The translations under genes and the position numbers were made by a program. Below the pieces are notes generated by a model, which did no database searches, had not been told where the DNA came from, and saw only the letters and a program-made list of their open reading frames with translations. Of a stretch of DNA of 64,000 nt, positions 59,891 to 64,000 are shown piece after piece; the first letter of the stretch is position 1, and the number at the start of each line of letters is the position of its first letter. Source of the stretch: Octopus sinensis (lineage: Eukaryota); assembly GCF_006345805.1 (NCBI RefSeq), contig NC_043013.1, positions 55,118,001-55,182,000 on the forward strand, written 5' to 3'.

Positions 59891-62049
59891 ACACACACAT
59901 ACATACAACAGACATTATATACAACCGTGCATGTGTGCATGTGTGCATGTATCATTCTTGGCATCTGATTACGACGTTCTAGATATAGACTTCGAACTCT
60001 TATAATAAAACCAGTGTGACAGACTCAACTTTTTGAATAAACCAAACACACTATTGTATACCATTGTATGCTTGAGCTAATGAGGGAGTTTGCATGTGGT
60101 CACTTGGCTTGCTAGAAATTGCAGTGAAATTCCATCAAATCACATCCCACCATCTAAGAAAAAGTCATGTTGGACACTGTTGTCTTGGTTACCTGAACAC
60201 AGGAAAAAGTCATGGTTGGAATGACTTTATCTATATAAGCATTTAGACATTACCAAGTGATTTTTTTCAAAGTTTTGTCTAACAGCAGTATCTCTTAACA
60301 ACCCTGGTTAATGTTTGTGTGTGTATTAAATCAGATATATACATTATGATAATCATGTGAATCACTTAGTTTAATAATTTTAACTTATAATTGTGACTAT
60401 TAAAACTTAGAGATGTTTTCTATTTTAAGTCCCTACTTATAGTTTCACAGTAGCTGTAGAAACTACCCTTTATGCAAATTGCAAGAATAATGCATAAGCA
60501 TTCATATGAAGTGCTTCAAAACAACAACCATATCAAAACATCAGTTATGGAATAATGGCTGCAAACTAAATGATTTATGTACATATTTTTAAAGATATTT
60601 TCTTCTTACACTGAGGCAGAGAAATAGTATCTTCAGATGTAGCTGGTAAAATAAAACTACAAGAAGCATTTTGTCTGAATTCAAAGCTCATATCCATAAA
60701 AGTAGATTTAGCTATTAACACCACCATAAAGAGAACTGAAATGCTGCTAATATAAATTGATTTCAGAAATACAAGGAAGTGACAGTGGATTTGGGATAAT
60801 TTCCTACATAAGATTGAAGCCTTAAAAGAACTTCTTGTCAATAACATGGTTTTTATTTTCAGCAAATTCAATCTCCAACTGCTCACATCTCAGCCGTGAT
60901 ACATCAATATGCATGTTACAAAGACATTTGCTAAACATTAACTTTCTATAAGAGTAAAGTGACTAACATAGTACAAAGGACATTATTTACACTATATTGT
61001 GTCAAGGAACAACAACAAGATTTCTTAGTTTGTAACTTAAAGAATAAATGCCATTTTGACCTTAAGTAAAAGCCACATTTACTTTTATGACTGTGTAGGA
61101 ATATTTTTCAAAGAAGAATCCTAGATTAGCTTAACTACAAGCAGCACAAAAATCAACCTCTGGAATATAACACTTTAATCTGATTAGTGCAGAAGTTATA
61201 CATAGCAGAAACTCAAAACCGCTTTTCTGAACGATTAATATGGTTTTGAATAGCTGGCTTTCTTGGGAACAAATCAGCCGATAAGTACTGATAAATCTCA
61301 CACAAAACAGTGAAGCTAGTGAACAAAAATTATTGATCAGAATATATGAAAGTCACTTACATTGTATTTTTATGTTTCAGTGGAAGAAAGTGTATATTAA
61401 TGATATTCTCTGTGTCATAGAGGGAGTCTTTGGTTGCTTGTAGAATTATCAGTTGGAACCACTCGACAGGAACTCTTTTGACAACCAACACTTTATCAAA
61501 ATCATTGGCAACTGGCTATGGAATCCCTTACCGAAAGTAAGCATAGTCTTCACTGGATGCAAACAGAGCCAAATCATGTCCCAGCAATATCTGTTTTACT
61601 TTGAAATTATTTTTGAAATAACCTTCAGAAAACTAGTCTTTACAATGATGTACAGTACTTAACTATGTTACCTATTTAGATGTAGAGAATCACTATAGTT
61701 GGTTCTTGTGTCTATACAAAAAGTACAACACTAGTTGTACAATAGAAATGGTCAACCCTTCAGCTATAGTCAAGTTCCATAATAACTCACCCACAACTTT
61801 GATTTGCTACTAACATGATTTGTAATGAAAATAACTGGGTGGTAATGGTATAGACAATGCAAGTTCTGGGGGTAAATGAAACACTGAAAAGTGTTAAAAC
61901 AGTTGTTGAAGTGTATATGGGTGAGTATATATAATCTGTATATTTAGTATGTATGTATACATTTGTGTGCATGTGTGTGTGTATGTATGTATACATTTAT
62001 GTGTGTTTGTGTTTACAATACCTTGGAAAAACTTTTTTTTTTCTCAAAT

Positions 62050-62084
<35 letters not shown>

Positions 62085-62399
62085 GTTTGTTTCAACCAAT
62101 TTATTAAATATTCTGATCTTTGAACAAATTTCCAATTATGTATTGTTAAACAAAATGTTTTATGAAAGTATTATATTTCTGATGCTGTAGTGAGCTGCTC
62201 ACTGTAATGTATTTATATTTTTTATATTTCCAGTTATTTATTTTTCTATTATCATGTTTCATATCACACTCATCGGTGGAGACACAGGCTTCGTCTGATA
62301 AGATTACTTTTAGATAATAAATTTAAATAATGCATTAGGTTTACTGAAATTGATGAATAAGTGTTATAGTTGACTAACCCTCTTTCAGTTTTAATAAAA

Positions 62400-62510
62400 C
62401 TATAATGAAAGTAGTATACATATAAATATAAGGAGGAGACACAGTAACTGATTATATCTATAATGAAGGTAGTATACACATAAATATAATGAGGAGACAC
62501 TGTAGCTGAC
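62400..62510. repeat. Diverged 58-bp tandem duplication
   Basis: ctataatgaa(a/g)gtagtataca(t/c)ataaatataa(g/t)gaggagacac(a/t)gta(a/g)ctga at 62400 and 62458. Confidence 0.85.
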
Positions 62511-63867
62511 AATAACAAGTTGATGTCTTGCATGAATGGTTATGACTTTGTTTTCTCTCAGTGGTGCAGAACTGTTCTATGCTTTGGGCAAGACAAAAAC
62601 TGTTGACTGGGCTGTGCTTTTTTTTCATTTTTTATGGATAACCAAAGGAAAAGCAACATCAATAACCTTAGTAAGACATCTGAGATGGGTTGGGGAAGGC
62701 TGGGGCTAGAAATGCTGACTCATAGTCAGAAGTAATGTAACAAAATATTGAGTTGTTGTCAGAGCAGAGATCTGGTGCCACTGCCTGTAACAATAGAATG
62801 AATTCTGTCAATGGCACCCAAGAATCAAGCAGTGATGTTACACAGGGAAACAGAGAGAATAAAAAGAAAGTGGAATTGACTGGCAACTGATGTAGTTTGC
62901 TGCTTTATGAAGTTAGAATTTGAATTCTTTTCAAAAAGTTATGATTTCTAACATTAGCAGATGCCCTTCCTCTTACTAACTCTTATTTTTCAAGTAAGGG
63001 ATCTATTTCACATGCCTTTGAAGGCACAAAAGAAGCAAATGATTTATTGACAGGGGAAGTGACAACACCATTCGAAGCTCACAAAAAAAAAGAAAGAAAG
63101 AAACAGAGTCACAAACACACATATCCTTGTCATCTTTGAAATGTTTGTATTTCCATACTTTTAAGGGTCAGACAGAATTTGTTGTGGCAGAATTAATTCT
63201 TTACAGCTGGACACTCTTCCTGTCATGTACCCTTACTTGTTTCCAAGCAAAGCTATATTTCCTCATGATTTGACATGCTTACATGGAAAACAGGAAATGA
63301 TGGACACCACTTAGATGACAGTGACTCTCATTTACAACTATCACAAGATGTCAAGACAAACTTGACTAATGCTGCATTCTTAAGCATATAAATATTCAGT
63401 TCTACACCAGGTTATTAGTCTTGCAATGCCTAAGTGAAATCTATGTACACACACACAATAGGCTTCCTTCAGTTTTCATCTGCCACATTCACTCACAATG
63501 CTTTTATCACAGTAAATATTAGATTACACATTAACGAATATATTAAACTTCACAACTATCAATAAATTTTTATCATAAAAGTTTATTCAATTTTTCTTGT
63601 TACAAAGATTTTGGTATAATTTCCTTCTTCATGTTTAGTGTGGAATCACTAAAAGACATCTAAATTACATTCATTATCATCTAAATTACATTATGAGCTC
63701 CAGATACTTAATCATATATTTACTACCAACCATTCTGATAATGAGACTGCATCTATATTCTTTGTTCTTGAAAAATATATGTTTTTAAAAACTTGCATAC
63801 TGTAGGACTTATTCCAAAACTGTTAAAAAGCTGCAAAGCTAGCTTTTTAATTGCGCTGCCATCTATT

Positions 63868-63868
<1 letters not shown>

Positions 63869-63960
<92 letters not shown>

Positions 63961-63980
63961 TATATATATATATATATATA
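63869..63980. repeat. (CT)n(TA)n microsatellite
   Basis: Direct inspection. Confidence 0.95.
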
Positions 63981-64000
63981 GGAGAGAATTGTAGTTTGCT

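Noticed and set aside
61381-61536. Exon-like segment (tttcAG ... GTAAGC)
   Set aside because: Stops in all frames from the strong acceptor, and no recognisable product from the weaker ones.

Overview
AT-rich animal genomic DNA, intronic or intergenic, saturated with (TA)n, (CA)n, (TATG)n, (ATT)n and (GAT)n microsatellites. The SINE and RTE-LINE repertoire resembles that of octopod cephalopods (Octopus-like); this comes from recognising repeat families, not from a search. I found no intact protein-coding gene, rRNA or tRNA. The long Y/I/H/C/V-rich ORFs in the track are microsatellite read-through. Recognisable coding relics are all transposon-derived: three Ty3/Gypsy pol fragments, a CRE-like and a Dong/R4-like RLE non-LTR fragment, RTE LINE 3' ends, a Penelope-like (PLE) GIY-YIG fragment and an internally deleted mariner. 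There are also many tRNA-derived SINEs, a piggyBac-type MITE, a long-TIR MITE and a Helentron-type non-autonomous element. The best leads are: (i) minimal hammerhead-ribozyme-like folds with non-canonical cores in three different PLE-like terminal fragments; (ii) a tandem pair of frame-preserving 12-nt and 15-nt candidate microexons on the minus strand (20508-20619); (iii) fold-back and tandem duplications nested in (TA)n tracts; (iv) a dense transcription-factor motif cluster near 55.1 kb. None of these is demonstrated to be a new biological system; all need the checks listed. TE boundaries were placed by eye and are approximate.
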